From the NCBI RefSeq assembly GCF_006345805.1, contig NC_042999.1:2232001-2296000 (forward strand): a stretch of DNA of 64,000 nucleotides, given 5' to 3'. The notes beneath the pieces are model-generated. The model saw only the letters and a program-made list of their open reading frames with translations. It was not told where the DNA came from and made no database searches. Shown piece by piece: positions 11,464-26,072 of the stretch. The DNA is from Octopus sinensis. Its lineage: Eukaryota. Both the position numbers and the translations under genes were made by a program. How positions within the stretch are numbered: position 1 is the first letter of the stretch; each line of letters starts with the position of its first letter.

Positions 11464-12132
11464 TGTTCAGTAAATAATAAAAGCAAGCACTTATCTTTGT
11501 TAAGATCAGGCGTTTTTGTAATTTATCTATTCATTTGTAGAATGCTGATGCCTATGTACATCCATACAAAGAATGAATGCGTAACCTCGCAGTACGTCGA
11601 TACAAATGCAAGTGATAATCAGTGCATTTTGGGAAGCTGTGCATTGTGGATGGCCACCGGGGCATGCCGTTTCGAACCGAACAGAATCTTAGGCTGGTCA
11701 CCGAACTGTGTTATCACAGAGCAAATTTTTTTTGATAAGCATAACGTGTTTCACAATTGAGTGTACGGTGTTATCGCAAATCAATGAAGAATGAATCAGT
11801 GATAAACGAGGATAGACATACAAATCTAACACACGCACATGCACGCAAGGATACCTACAAACATAAAAGAGAAAAGCATAAACCATTATCTTGCCTTTGC
11901 ACTGGCGATGTAATCAGATGTATGTATCAATAAATTATTGATCTAACTAAATATTTCACGATCATGGCCAATACGAGAAGGATATTGAATTCAATTTCTA
12001 GAACCAAGAACACAATGGAAGTGTTTTATGGTCTTTCAACTGAGGATCTATTGTTGAGGAATCCAATATATTTATCCTTTTAACCATTCCAATTTTTCAC
12101 ATGCATACACATACACCTTTGCACATATATAT

Positions 12133-12308
12133 TGGTGCAGGTGTGTGTCTGGGTGGTAAGCAGTTCGCTTCCCAGCCACATGATTCTGGGTTCAGCCCCA
12201 CTGCATGGCAGCTCTTTGGTTAGTATCCTCTACTATAACCTCAGACTGACCGAAGCCTTGTGAGTGGATTTGATAAACGGAAACTGAAAGAAGCCCGTTG
12301 TATATATG

Positions 12309-12341
<33 letters not shown>

Positions 12342-12722
12342 ATATATATGTATGTATGTGTGTGTCCCCACACATACATACAAACATACATGCCCACATA
12401 CATATACACATGCATTCACACATACATTCACACACACATACATACACACACATACCATACACTCACACATACTTTCACTCACACATACATAATACATACA
12501 TGCATTCACATACATATACGTACATACAGGCATACACACATACATATACACCTTAAGATATACATAGACGCAGGCATGGGTGTGAGATTAAGAAGTCCAC
12601 TTCGCAATCTCGTAATATCAGGTTCTGTCCCATTGCATGACACCTTGAGCAAGTATCTTGTATTCTAGCCTGGGTCCAACCAAAGCCTTGTAAATGGATT
12701 TCATGAAAAGAAACTAAAAAAA
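12133..12722 (+). mobile_element. Two SINE A 5' fragments (12133-12372, 12567-12722)
   Basis: Similarity to the family A head. Confidence 0.7.
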
Positions 12723-12989
12723 CAAATTGTATACATATTTATACACACATGCATGCACACACACATGTATGTATAAGTATTATCTTAATTATTACGATGC
12801 ACACTCTTCTATCTCTACTATCCCTTCTCTGTCTATCTCTCTCTCTCTCTTGTTCTTCATCCTTTCTGATTTTCTTTCCCACTCTTCCCTATTCTTCTCC
12901 TCTCCTCTTCACCGTTTCCCCTCTCTCATTCTTCCTCCTTGACTCTCTCATTGCTGACACGTGACAAAAGGGAATCTATCTTTCTGTCC

Positions 12990-13400
12990 ATTTCCTTCCT
13001 CAAGATAACACATGCTCATACCTGTCTCCTCTCATAAGCTCGTCTTCCTCGCATTCATAATAATTTTTCTATTGTCTTGGCTTAACAACCCTCACCGTTT
13101 GTTTTTACTGTCTTGTTCTCACGGTCCTGTTCTTGTTACTACTTTAACCTTCCGCAAAAAATCCCAGATTTGATTTAATTTGCTTTGCAGGAAGGGTTGT
13201 TTCAACAAAGTCGCGTATTGTCCTTGCCTTCGAAAACGCGGAGTAGATGAAACAGGGACAACTGATGAAGGGGAATGTTCTTTATGTTGCATGTCTCGTT
13301 TCTCTGTTTGTTTTTTTGTTGTTCGAAAAAAGTTGGTTTTCTATGTTTTTGTTCTTATGTTTTCGTTTCTCATTGTGTTCAACGTTTTTTTTATGTCATG
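12990..13400 (+). mobile_element. Repeat fragment, probably Penelope-type terminal repeat
   Basis: 13010-13190 resembles 43130-43240. CTGATGA at 13262 and GTTCGAAA at 13321. Ends in (TA)n. Confidence 0.35.
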
Positions 13401-15120
13401 TACCCATATATGCATGTATATATATATATATATAGATATAGGTATGTACATATACGTACATATATATGCATATATATATATATTTATATGTGTATGTTTG
13501 TGTATATGTGTGCGTCTATGCATGTGGGAGATGCTGTGAGTAAGTTCATTCTTCCCACAAGTTGTAACAAGTTCATCACAAGTTCTTCACAGATGTAAAC
13601 AAAAGACTCATTCAAACGGTGTTAGTTGTTTTCAGTTCTTGGAAACAGGTGAGAGGTGGCGTCCTTTAATCTTTATGTTGTCTATACATGCATATATACA
13701 TATACACACACACATACTTACATAATACTTACACACACATACTTACATAATACATACATACATGTATATGTGTATAAATATATATATATATATAATTGTA
13801 TACACATATATACATGCATACACACACAGACGTGTGCACATATCACTCGAGTGCGTTAAGAGAAGATAACTGAAAGTGGCCATCAGTATGAATTTGGTTA
13901 ACAAAGTGAATATTCATAAATTAATACCGCACTGTATCTCTTAAGAGTTTATCAGATATGGCTTACTTAATTATTATGAATACATCTTGGAATCAGAAGG
14001 GACAGAAAATGTAATGCCAATTGTAAGCAAGTCTAAAGGATAAGAGAAATAAATTTATCTTCAGATGGTAGTTTGCTAAGATTAGTTAGTTCAGCATTGC
14101 AATTGTCTTCGAATGAGCAGTAGCTATTCATATATCATGGTAAATCCTGCAGAGTCAAAAACGAAGATGCCATATTGTTTGATGATTCTATGGAAAGCTG
14201 TGATGCACCTCATTGGATCATCTTTCCAGAACTCTCCCAAGGAAGTGCACATCGACGTAGGGCCAAATGATTTGGGTCAATATTTAGTTCAATCAAAATG
14301 TCTCCTCGAATATGTGCAGGAACATTTTATCCATATTTTCTACATGGACCTAAATACTGCAAGTTTTCTAATGTGCATGATATTAAAGTTGGTTACACTT
14401 GCCTAGACAACATTTCCAACAGCTCGCTTCATCAGTACAGAACAATTGTTCAGCTAGAGGTGGTACTGCCAAATTCCCATTCGAAATATATATTTTTGAA
14501 AGTGACAATTAGTCACTGATTTATAAATTAGAAAATTGTTATTTTTTAATCTCACAACATGAGGTTAAATTACAGCAACATTAGTCCTAAACCAGGACTG
14601 CCATGTTATGATGGCAAACAATCTTCACTACATAACTAGTGATGTTCTTTAATGAAGTCATCAATTGAGTTCCATTTCTGCTGATTTAAGCCAATTTCGT
14701 AAATTTGACAAAAGAATTATTGGAGTTTCTAATGAACGCAAGAGAGTTATATTTATTAAGTCAGAATTAGTTTTCATTCAGTAATGATTCAATAATGCCG
14801 AGTGGTTTCCTCAACAAAACTTAGTTCATGCCTAAGTACTAGCTCTATGAAGTGACTCAGGATAACTACAAAAATAAATTTTACTCTTTATCCAATAGCA
14901 ATCAGCTTACTTTAGGATATGGAATTGTCTCATCACTTAGTGTCACTGCATCTGACTCATCACACATGCATTCCACATCAGAGAATATGCATAAAGCACG
15001 TCTTAGCAACAAACACATAATACATACATGTAAAAAGCATAATATCCCTCTCTCCTTCTCTCACCATATTTGTATGTATTTTGTCTCTCCTTGTTTCTCT
15101 CCGTGTTTCTTTTCTGTGTA

Positions 15121-15158
15121 TCTTTCTGTTGAAGAGCGTAGGCTCGAAACGTAAAAGA
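15121..15158 (+). ncRNA. Minimal hammerhead-like motif, A6U core variant
   Basis: TCTTT CTGTTGA A GAGC GTAG GCTC GAAA CG TA AAAGA. Stems I and II are perfect and stem III is the palindrome ACGU. Homolog at 42758. Confidence 0.6.
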
Positions 15159-15479
15159 CTTGTTTTATTTCTATTCCTGAGCGCCATACTAATACAATTG
15201 TTTGTTTGTATTCCACCTGCCTTCGTCTTTTGTTTATTTTCATAAAGCTTCCCGTTATATATATATATACGTAAGTGACGAACAATGAGAGTGAGTGCTC
15301 AACACCATATTGGTGGATAAACATTCTTTATTTCTGTATTAAGGCTACCTTTAATTTCATGTTACAAAAATAGAAGATCTTAACAACTTTTCAGACCAGT
15401 TTCATGGAGGAATGGTGTTCATCTTCATTTCGGATTAAAACCTCTTTCGTCCATGTGATCGACTTGAAAACTTATGTAT

Positions 15480-15593
15480 AATATACATACATACATATAC
15501 ATATACATATACATATATCATCATCATCATCATCATCATCATTGTATAACGTCCGTTCACCATGCTAAACGATGATGATGATGATGATATATG

Positions 15594-15625
<32 letters not shown>

Positions 15626-15881
15626 TGTATGTATGTATATTATACATAAGTTTTCAAGTCAATCACATGGACGAAAGATGTTTTAATATATATATATTAT
15701 ATATTATATATATATATATATGTAGAGAGAGAGAGAGAGAAGAGAGAGAGATACATACATATATACATGCATATACACAGAAACACAAAATGAAATACAC
15801 ACAGTGTTATTCTGCAAAAGCTTAAAAGCTTATATTATATATAATATATATTATATATATAATATATATATATATATATAA

Positions 15882-15924
<43 letters not shown>

Positions 15925-15949
15925 CTATATATATAATATATATATATAT

Positions 15950-15982
<33 letters not shown>

Positions 15983-16107
15983 CATACATATATACATGCA
16001 TATACACAGAAACACAAAATGAAATACACACAGTGTTATTCTGCAAAAGCTTAAAAGCTTATATATATATATATATAGATATATATATATATATTATATA
16101 TATATAT

Positions 16108-16139
<32 letters not shown>

Positions 16140-16145
16140 ATACAT

Positions 16146-16213
<68 letters not shown>

Positions 16214-16235
16214 ATACATATATACAGACCCACGC

Positions 16236-16268
<33 letters not shown>

Positions 16269-16830
16269 ATATATGCGCGGGTCTGTATATTTATGTGTAC
16301 ATTAAATGTATACATCCACATTTATAAACATATACACACATATATATATGCTTGCAACACTTCTATACACAGAATGATACACGGAAAACTGCTCACGCAA
16401 ACAAATATGCATACATTCATACATATACATATATACATACACATATACATACATACATATATATATGTATGTATGTACACACACACACACACATATATAT
16501 ATTATATATGTATTTATATATATATATCATATATATATATATACATACATATATATATATATATATATTATATATAATATATATATTATATATAATATAT
16601 AATATATATATATATAAGTATTTAAGTATTAGAAATAGTTTTAAAAAAGTTTTTTTAGCTACTATTTCTAATGAGTTCAGTATGCGGCAAAGTAATTTAT
16701 TTTACTAAGCCCTTTTATATAATGTAATAATTTGAATTCGCCTTAAATGGTCCCTTTGCATACTGAATACTTGGTGAAATTGATTAATAATTAATTAATT
16801 TTACCCTCAATTGTTGAAATTATATATATA

Positions 16831-16911
<81 letters not shown>

Positions 16912-17248
16912 ATATACACACACCTAAAGTACTTCCTTGCTCATTTTAACCTTCCTGGTCTTTTTCTTTCCTTAATCTTTGTTTTTTCATTTATTTTCTT
17001 AAAACACAAATGTTTTTCGAGACGTATTTCTCTATTGCTTTCCTTTAATCATAGATATTTGATTGTAACATAATGCACGCATAATCTACAACATGTTAGG
17101 TATTTCTCTATGGAACCACCAAATGATAAAATATTAAAACTGGAAGTTTCTATCGAATTTAAAATTCTTTCTCACATCACATAAAATCCCAGATCCACGC
17201 ATGTATATACAGGTGTATGTGTTTATGGACATACATGTTACTATATAT

Positions 17249-17298
<50 letters not shown>

Positions 17299-17604
17299 TG
17301 CATGTATATATATGTGTACAAACATAGGTATACATAGGCACATATCTGCATGTGTCTATATACATGTATATATATGTATGCACACACACATATATATATA
17401 TATATAATATATATATATAATATATATATATATTATTATATATTGCTTGTTCATGTTTGGATTGATTATATATATATATTTATATGTGTGTCTATATACA
17501 TATATATATTATATATATATATCTGTATATACACACACAGTCATGCACACACACACAAATATATACATGTATATATAAACATATACATACATATATATAT
17601 ATAT

Positions 17605-17644
<40 letters not shown>

Positions 17645-17660
17645 CACACACACAAACGCA
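15480..17660. repeat. Large (TA)n-rich microsatellite zone with a duplicated ~110-bp unit (15721-15832, 15949-16062)
   Basis: Direct reading. Confidence 0.85.
16616..16821 (+). mobile_element. Third fragment of the 128-1070 element
   Basis: Near-identical to 872-1070 and ends at the same point (CAATTGTTGAAAT) before (TA)n. Confidence 0.85.
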
Positions 17661-18295
17661 CGTACATAGTTCCACATGCTTGTGCACACAGAAAATAAGT
17701 AAAACACATCATAAACAAATATCAAAAAACGCCAAAGCTTCAGATAAATAGCTGTAGAATTGTTCTGAAATATATAACAGAAATAAGAATTCTGGGATTA
17801 TGTTTCAGTGGATGTTAAGTAGAAAATAACTGTTTTTGACAGCTTGATAAACCATTTTAAAATGTTTGTTAAGCGCTGGAAATAACGTTGATAGTAGAGT
17901 AAAAAAAAAGCGCTGCTAGGGAAAATAATGAGCGGGATGCAGGATGAACAAATTGCAACTGACATTATTTTTAAGGAGGAATAAGTAATGATGATAACAA
18001 TGATATCATTATTACTACAATGGTTATTATTGTTGTTGTTGTTGTTGTTGTTGCTATTAATAATGATAAATAATAATAATGATGATGATGACAACAAGGA
18101 TGATGATGATGAAGATGATGATGATGATGAGGAGGAGGAGGGTTTTCTTCTATTTGCCTCTAGGGCGACGGATCAACAGATGAGTGGAAGAATTATGACA
18201 GACCAAGTTTGTGTGGGATTTGCAGGGAAGAATATATTATGAACAAAATACAAATGACTTCATTTCAACGATAAATAATAATAATAATAATAATA

Positions 18296-18378
<83 letters not shown>

Positions 18379-18412
18379 TAATAATAATAATAAGGATAGT
18401 AATAATAATAAT

Positions 18413-18961
18413 AGCAGTACCAGGCAGTGGCTCTCATGGCTTCTGATCTAAACTGATTGGAAGTGTTATCATGTACATTGTTTTATCTTGGTATAAAAGA
18501 TGGGCTACAGCAAAATATTCTGCTCAATACAACAGATTTACTTGTCAGTTGTTTGACCATAACCAGTTGAGCATGTCCCTTAGTGGCTGACGATATGTGC
18601 ATCTCTGACCACGAGCAGAAGTAGTGGGGGAGCATTATAGCCATGTGTTGAAAGGAATTCTTGGAGATTTGGATAATTCACCTTTGGAAACGTGGGTGGT
18701 TTGTTCAACATCCTTAAACAACCTTTATTCAGGGACCTTTTGAGCGGGATGGGCTACTCGACCAGAAGAAAATTCTAACTGGGCCCCACCTGCAAGGTCA
18801 TGCGCTGTTTATCTTGATATGAGATCACCATGTTGCGCACATATGGTTGTGATGCATGTGCCTGGTGTACCCTTATCAGACGGGTAGTCAGATGGGTATA
18901 CTGGGCTTCGTATATTTGTACCCCATTGTCACTTTGATGGCATGCACTGCTCTCTCACTCA
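18413..18961. mobile_element. ~550-bp unclassified interspersed element embedded in (TAA)n
   Basis: Higher-GC non-coding block with sharp edges and (TAA)n tracts on both sides. Single copy in this window. Confidence 0.4.
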
Positions 18962-18992
<31 letters not shown>

Positions 18993-19920
18993 TAACAGGG
19001 ATTTCAAATTTTAGCTCAAGCTCAGTAATTGTAGGAGGAGGCAGTTTGTTGATTACATCGCCTTCTGCACTTGACTGTCACTTACCATCTCTGATAGGAT
19101 GAAAGCAAAGTTGAATTAGGCGGTGTCTGGACTCAAAGCATAAAGAACCAGAAGAAATGCCGTTTCACATTAGCATTTTTTCTGATCTTCTAATGCCTCT
19201 GCTAGAATGCTGCCTGGATGATAATAATCGCAATAATGGTAATGTTTATGATGATAAGAACGGTGGCTCTTGGACTGTTAGCCTGTTGCGATCACTGTTT
19301 GATAAGAACCTCATAAACTGTATTTCACAAGAGGTGTCCTATTGAATGGTTAACTCCAAAAGGAAAGTCTCATCCCTTGATGTCACAGTCCAAAGTGAAA
19401 ATGGAATAATGAGAATGAAACCGAACAAACGAAAACCACATTGAAGAGTTACATGCATATCACATACACAGCAGCACAATATGCAAAGAATGCAAGTATT
19501 ATAAAAGAGAGATATAGGCTACGGAGATACATTAGTGAAGGTAAGGAAAATATTACAGCAAACACATTAGCAAACGTACAGACATTTGTAACAAGCCATG
19601 ACAAGATCTCAAAAATTGGAAAAGACAAACTTATGAAATTAAAACTTGTGACTACACAACAGAACCCACAACATATGTGAAGGAATGAAGGGAGACATCG
19701 GAACTGGAAACAAGGGGAAGTAACATCATGTCAAGAAGCGTGATATTTCAACAGTCTCTTTCCTCGTCAGGACATCGTGGGAAACAGATGTGTGAAAAGG
19801 ATCTCAGAGTGAGAGTAGTTTCTGGGCAGAGGTTGGGATGGTGTACATGTCTAAGTATGACCAATGAGTTCTGTGAACCCTTGTGAAGTGAAGTTGTTAT
19901 TTTTGTCTTTCATTCTACAA

Positions 19921-20225
19921 CATCATCATCGTCATCGTCGTTTAACATCTGCTTTCTATGCTAGCACGGGTTGGACGGTTCGACCGGGGCTTTGGGAAGC
20001 CAGGAGGCTGCATCAGGCTCCAGTCTGATCTGGCAGTGTTTCTACAGCTGGATGCCCTTCCTAACATCAACCACTCTGTCAGTGTAGTGGGTGCCTTTTA
20101 CATGCGACCAGCACAGGGGCCAGAGGAGGTTGACAAACAGCCACGATCGGTTGATGCTTTCATGTGTCACCGACACGGACGCCAGTCAGGCGGCGCTGGC
20201 ATCTGTCACGTTCGGACAGTGCTTG
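19921..20225 (-). mobile_element. SINE-like family C
   Basis: Similarity to 3137-3502. Confidence 0.8.
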
Positions 20226-21435
20226 CATAAGACTCCTCAAAAGATAACACGAGATAGACTATCATGCATGTAATAATTGAGAACTGAAAGCAAAGTGGAA
20301 TTGCAACACAGAATCAGTCACTAACGAAACACACAAGGCAGTGAATCAAATATAAAACAGACACAATGTAAAAAGAGCTTTAAACCAATTCGATAACAAA
20401 GACCAAATAAGTCTTCATAAAAACTCTCAACTAAAAAGAAAAAATAACAACTGCAATAAAATTACATCCTCGACAACAAAGAGAATGAAAATACATGTCA
20501 TAACAGATCAATCAGAATTAAAATTGAGGGGAATCTAACTGAAACAATAAAGAAAATTGAAGGTTATTACAAAATCAATGGACAAGGATCAGTGCAAATA
20601 CTTTCCCAATCTACCAACAAATAAACCGCTCGGTGAAATAGTAAACAAATTTAAAAGGGCCTCGCCCCAAATTTCTGTTTACGGCAACAAACTGCCTGAA
20701 TATTGAGAAACCAAATAATCTGATCTATTCAGTAACTGTAGAAGAATTGAGGGAAACGGTATTTGATCTAACAGAGATAAATCCTTAACCAAACTCCAAC
20801 CCGAAATGATAAGAAAATATAATGCATAAAATTGAAAGAAACAAAAGACCCATCCTTATTTAGTGAAACAGAAAAGGAAAAATCCAAAGATGAAAAGAAA
20901 AAGGATTTGAGTAACGATAACTTCAACATCAATAAAAAAGAAAACATTCTGGAAACAAAAAGAAACGCTCAAACACACAAAAAAAACAAAAAAAGACATA
21001 GCAAACATCAGGCAGAAATAAGATGCTTTGAAAAATTGCGATCACTCCTTTAAGGATAATAAAGGATTTTAAGCAGTTACCAAAGCGATTCTACAAAGAC
21101 ATTAGCAAAACGAAAAAAGAAAGAAGAAGGAGAATAAAGAAAACACGAAGATACGCTAACACCAACAGAATTTCAAGTCTGCTGAGAAGGAATAATAAGC
21201 AAAGACAATTGAGATGAAAGAAATGCAGAATAGATCAGCTGGAAAAAGGGGAAGACATTCTAGTGATGCAAACATGGTGTATACCACAAGGAATTTACCA
21301 AAACATTGAGAACTACGAGCAACTGGGAAAGCGTCTAATTTGTTGGTGAAGCACCTGACCAGCATACATAGGTATATGGTAAGAACATTCAATGAAGTGA
21401 TAAGCAGACTAGAATTAACATATGCTATTGATAAA

Positions 21436-21750
21436 AAATCAATGGAAATTGTAGTTGCGATACCAGTGCCAGTGGCACATAAAAGAACCATCTGAACATG
21501 GCCGTTGCCAGCGCCGCCTTGACTGGCCTCCGTGCCAGTGGCATGTAAAAAGCACCAACTGATCGTGGCCATTGCCAGCCTCGTAAAAAGCACCCACTAC
21601 ACTCACAGAATGGTTGGCGTTAGGAAGGGCATCCAGCTGTAGAAACACTGCCAGATCTGACTGGTCTGGTGCAGCCTTCGGGCTCCCCAGACCGCAGTTG
21701 AACCGTCCAACCCATGCTAGCATGGAAAGCGGACGTTAAACGATGACGAA
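21436..21750 (+). mobile_element. SINE-like family C
   Basis: Similarity to 3137-3502. Confidence 0.8.
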
Positions 21751-21843
21751 CGATTGGCTGGTGGAGAGGACACTCAAATTAGTTCTAAAAAGCAAATTTT
21801 ACCTGAAACTCACAAAATTAGAGACCTATAACATGCTTCCCAA

Positions 21844-22371
21844 TCATCATCATCGTCGTCGTCGTCGTTTAACGTCTGCTTTCCATGCTAGCATGGGTTG
21901 GACGATTTGACTGAGGACTGGCAAACCAGATGGCTGCACCATGCTCCAATCTGATCTGGCAGAGTTTCTACAGCTCGATGCCCTTCCTAATGCCAACCAC
22001 TCCAAGAGTGTAGTGGGTGCTTTTTACATGCCACCGGCACGGGGGCCAGTCTGGCAGTACTGGCAATGGCCATGCTCAAATGGTGTTTTTTTATGTCCCA
22101 CCTGCACAGGAGTCAATCCAGTGGCACTGGCACCAACCTTGCTCGAATGTATTGTTCACGTTCCACTGGCACAAGTGCCAGTGAGGCGACGCTGGTAATG
22201 ATCATGCTCAAATGGTGCTTTTTACTTGCCACCGGCATGGAAGTCAGACAGCTGCTCTGGCAGTGATCTCGCTCGGATGGAGCTGTTAGCACTCCACTGG
22301 CACGGGTGCCAGTCATCGAATTTGGCTCGATTTCGAGTTCACTTGCCCCAATAGGTCTTTGCAAGCAGACT
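21844..22371 (-). mobile_element. SINE-like family C with probable TSD
   Basis: Family similarity; CTTCCCAA at 21836-21843 and 22372-22379. Confidence 0.8.
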
Positions 22372-23277
22372 CTTCCCAAAGCCTTATTAAATCTTTACAT
22401 CAATAGAGTAAAACAGGATAGAAAAAGAATCAGAAGGGCACCAAAAAGGGAAATTTGGATGTAAAAGGCAATTATTTGAGATGTGGAGACTGCTTGCAGA
22501 AGATGGTTCAAAGAGGAAAATAATCGGTACCGTGGCTTGGATTAACTAAAATTAATCATTCGATAGCATTGTACCCTTAATAGGTAATGGAGAGACTGCA
22601 TAAATAAAGCTGATGCAATTCTGATGAAATACAGCAAACCATTTCAGAGAAAATAGAAATGAATTTATTATAATATTATTATAGTATTGTATACAAATTA
22701 TATTAAATATTATATTAAATATCAAATGATTCAAAGAATATATGAATTAGTAAAATATAAAATATTTATTTATACATAAAAATAGGGGTGGGGCCGTTGA
22801 GGGTATTATGTGGCCATGGGGGGTGGCCAAAATAGTTTGAGAGCCTCTAGATTAGATGGATGCTGAAGAATAGGCAAAACCCCCAAAATATGGCATGCAC
22901 ACTCATTACCCAATTTTGTCTTCGATTTCATTGTTTGTTTACATCTGACATCTTGATACGAAACGAGGTAGCAAAAAAATCAATGCTGGAAATAATTTCT
23001 ATAGCAAATCTATAGAGACAACCTTAGCAAGTAATGTAAAATGCACTGCTAACACAGTAGGACATGGTATTGACTTATAAAAACACTTAATATATTTTAT
23101 AGGATATTATGGTTGCATAACGAAATACCACGTATCTACATGTCATTACTGGAAGAAGAGGCAAGCAACTGGAATTGAAACGAATGGAATAACTAAAGAA
23201 GGCATAAGCTTCAGGGTTGAAGAATTGGGCTAGAAACAACTTACTCTTAAAAACATTTTGTAGAAGATAAATACCCT

Positions 23278-23730
23278 CATCATCATCATCATCATCATCG
23301 TTTAATGTCTGCTTTCCATGCTAGCATGGATTGGATGGTTCGACTGGGGTCTAGGAAGCCATGGAGACTGCACCAGGCTCAAGTCTGATCTGGCAGTGTT
23401 TCTACAGCTGGATGCCCTTCCTAACGCCAACCACTCCGTGAGTGTAGTGGGTGCTTTTTACATGCCACCAGCACTGGTGCCAGATGAGGCTGGCAACGGT
23501 GATGATCTGTTGGTGCTTTTTACGTGCCACCGGCACGGAGGCCAGTCGAGGCGGCGTTGGCAACGGCCACGTTCGAATGGCTCTTTTATGTGCCACTGGC
23601 ACTGGTATCACAACTACAATTTCCAATGAATTTTGATCGATTTTGATTCCACTTGCCTCAACAGGTCTTTGCAAGCAGAGTTTTGTGTCCCAAGAAGGAA
23701 AAGCATGCATAAGTAGACTGGCTACATCCC
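23278..23730 (-). mobile_element. SINE-like family C
   Basis: Family similarity. Confidence 0.8.
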
Positions 23731-24138
23731 CAAAAATGAAGGTAAAAATTTGGAAAGACTTCCTCATGAAAGAAATATTAAAACCTGAACTTAACGCTAC
23801 AAATAAAAATGAAATTGTAATGTACTAACCATTCTAGATATATTTTATGGTTTCAAATTAAGCTAGAAGTTAAGTTACTTGTAAAACTTAAACAGGAAAC
23901 GGTTAACCCTTTAGCATTCAATTATTTTGTCAAATGTAATGCTTATTTATTCACATTGTTTTGAATTAATCATCCATTATCTCAAAGCTTTGAGATTTCA
24001 AAAATGCAATTATTTACTTTTAGAATGACATTATTGGATAGGTGTGAGAGTTTGGATCTGGCCAGTTTGAACACAAAACAGGATATTTGAGCCAGATATG
24101 TCCACTTTAAATGGTAAAGGGTTAAATAGCATCATGAG

Positions 24139-24541
24139 TGGAGGCGCAATGGCCCAGTGGTTAGGGCAGTGGACTCGCGGTCAGAGGATCGTGGTTTTGA
24201 TTCCCAGACCGGGCGTTGTGTGTGTTTATTGAGCGAAAACACCTAAAGCTCTACGAGGCTCCGGCAGGGGGTAGTGGCGACCCCTGTTGTACTCTTTCGC
24301 TCCAACTTCCTCTCACTCTTTCTTCCTGTTTCTTGTCCCCGACTTCCTACGCAACCGCTGAGTCTGGATGCGCATTCATCCATCTGTTGATGCTCTCGGT
24401 GTCGGAGGTTGAACTGCTTTCTCTTCTTGCGGGTCTTATGAATAGCAAAGGACCACGTTTCGGACTTCTCCCACTACAGAGGCGCGATCTTGCAAGATCT
24501 GGGATGAAGACCGCTTCGCTCACAAACAAACAAATAAACAG
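24139..24541 (+). mobile_element. tRNA-derived SINE family E (head related to D)
   Basis: A-box TGGCCCAGTGG, B-box-like GGTTTTGATTCC, (CAAA)n tail; head shared with 48375. Confidence 0.75.
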
Positions 24542-24592
24542 CATCAGGAAGACACTACCCTAAAGCTGATACAGTAGAATATCATCATTAGC

Positions 24593-24916
24593 ATCATCAT
24601 CATCGTTTAACGTACGTTTTCCGCGCTAGCACGGGTTGGACGGTTCGACCGGGGTCTGGGAAGCCAGGGGCTGCACCAGGCTCCAGTCTGATCTGGCAGT
24701 GTTTCTACAGCTGGATGCCCTTCCTAACGCCAACCACTCCGCGAGTGTAGTGGGTGCTTTTTACGTGCCACCAGCACAGGTGCCAGGGGAGTCTGGCATC
24801 GGCCACGATCGGTTGGTGCCAGCCAAGTCAGCGGTGGCATCGGCCACGTTCGGATGGTGCTTTTTATGTGCCACCGGCACAGAAGCCAGTCGAGGCGGTG
24901 CTGGCATCGGCCGGCG
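24593..24916 (-). mobile_element. SINE-like family C
   Basis: Family similarity. Confidence 0.8.
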
Positions 24917-25360
24917 ATATATATATATATATCCAGCAAAGAAGAGGCAGAATTCAATAGAAATAGAAAACTACCGAACAATACCAACAATATGTCAACA
25001 ACATACTTAAAAATGAAGAGAAAGAAGCCGATGAATGAAATAATAGAAGATAAAAACAACTTTTCATTTCTATATAAGAAAATATAATGATGTACAATCA
25101 GGAAATAACTACACTGAAATAATAGATTTAGAGATGAACAAAGCAACTGAAAAACCAATTTAAATTGGAATTCGAGAATATATTGAAAGAAAGTTGGAGA
25201 GAAAAACCACTCCATGGTCAATATCCTGCTACACTCAACAGAGAGAATGTAAGCCGAAATTAAAGTTAGCTGGAAAGCTTTGAACTGTAAGCAGAACAAA
25301 AAGACCACATTAACTACGCAACACTTATGCCTAACTACAAGCAACTACAAAAATAATATA

Positions 25361-25579
25361 CAGGGTGGTGTAAAAGAAGGTATACAGATATGAAAAAAAT
25401 AAGGAAACACATACAATACTCATTTATTTTTCTGAAAAACATTAAAAGTTATGATAAAAGTATTATTATGATTAATGACACTGGAAATATCGAGCATGAG
25501 GCTAATTTAATGTGTAAATAATTTTAATGAATTAAAACATTGACGTGATACTTACTGTATACCTACTTTTGCACCCCTG
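25361..25579. mobile_element. Tc1/mariner-type MITE
   Basis: TIRs CAGGGTGGTGTAAAAGAAGGTATACAG / CTGTATACCTACTTTTGCACCCCTG, flanked by TA on both sides. Confidence 0.8.
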
Positions 25580-25613
25580 TATATTAAAAAAATATGCTAA
25601 TATTTTGTTATAT

Positions 25614-25807
25614 TCTTTTACTCTTTTACTTGTTTCAGTCATTTGACTGCGGCCATGCTGGAGCACCGCCTTTAGTCAAGCAAATCAACCCCAGGACTTA
25701 TTCTTTAAAAGCCTAGTACTTATTCTATTGGTCTCTTTTACCGAACCGCTAAGTTACGGGGACGTAAACACACCGCCATCGGTTGTCAAGCGATGTTGGG
25801 GGGACAA

Positions 25808-25844
<37 letters not shown>

Positions 25845-26009
25845 CGACGGGCTCGTTTCAGTTTCCGTCTAACAAATCCACTCACAAGGCATTGGTCGGC
25901 CCAGGGCTATAGTATAAGACACTTGCCCAAGGTGCCACGCAGTGGGACTGAACCCGGAACCATGTGGTTCATAAGCAAGGTACTTACCACACAGCCACTC
26001 CTATGCCTA
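25614..26009 (-). mobile_element. SINE family A, full length
   Basis: Complete head, internal (CA)/(TA) repeat and structured tail. Confidence 0.9.
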
Positions 26010-26072
26010 TATTTTGGAAAATCATAATAAATAGTGCTTATAAACGCTTTGCTGGATGTTCTTTGTCTATGC

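Noticed and set aside
19380-25330. A-rich backbone interrupted by SINEs, possibly an old retroelement (LPETHK-like trace at ~21800)
   Set aside because: Motifs too decayed to assign by eye; needs TBLASTN after removing the SINEs.
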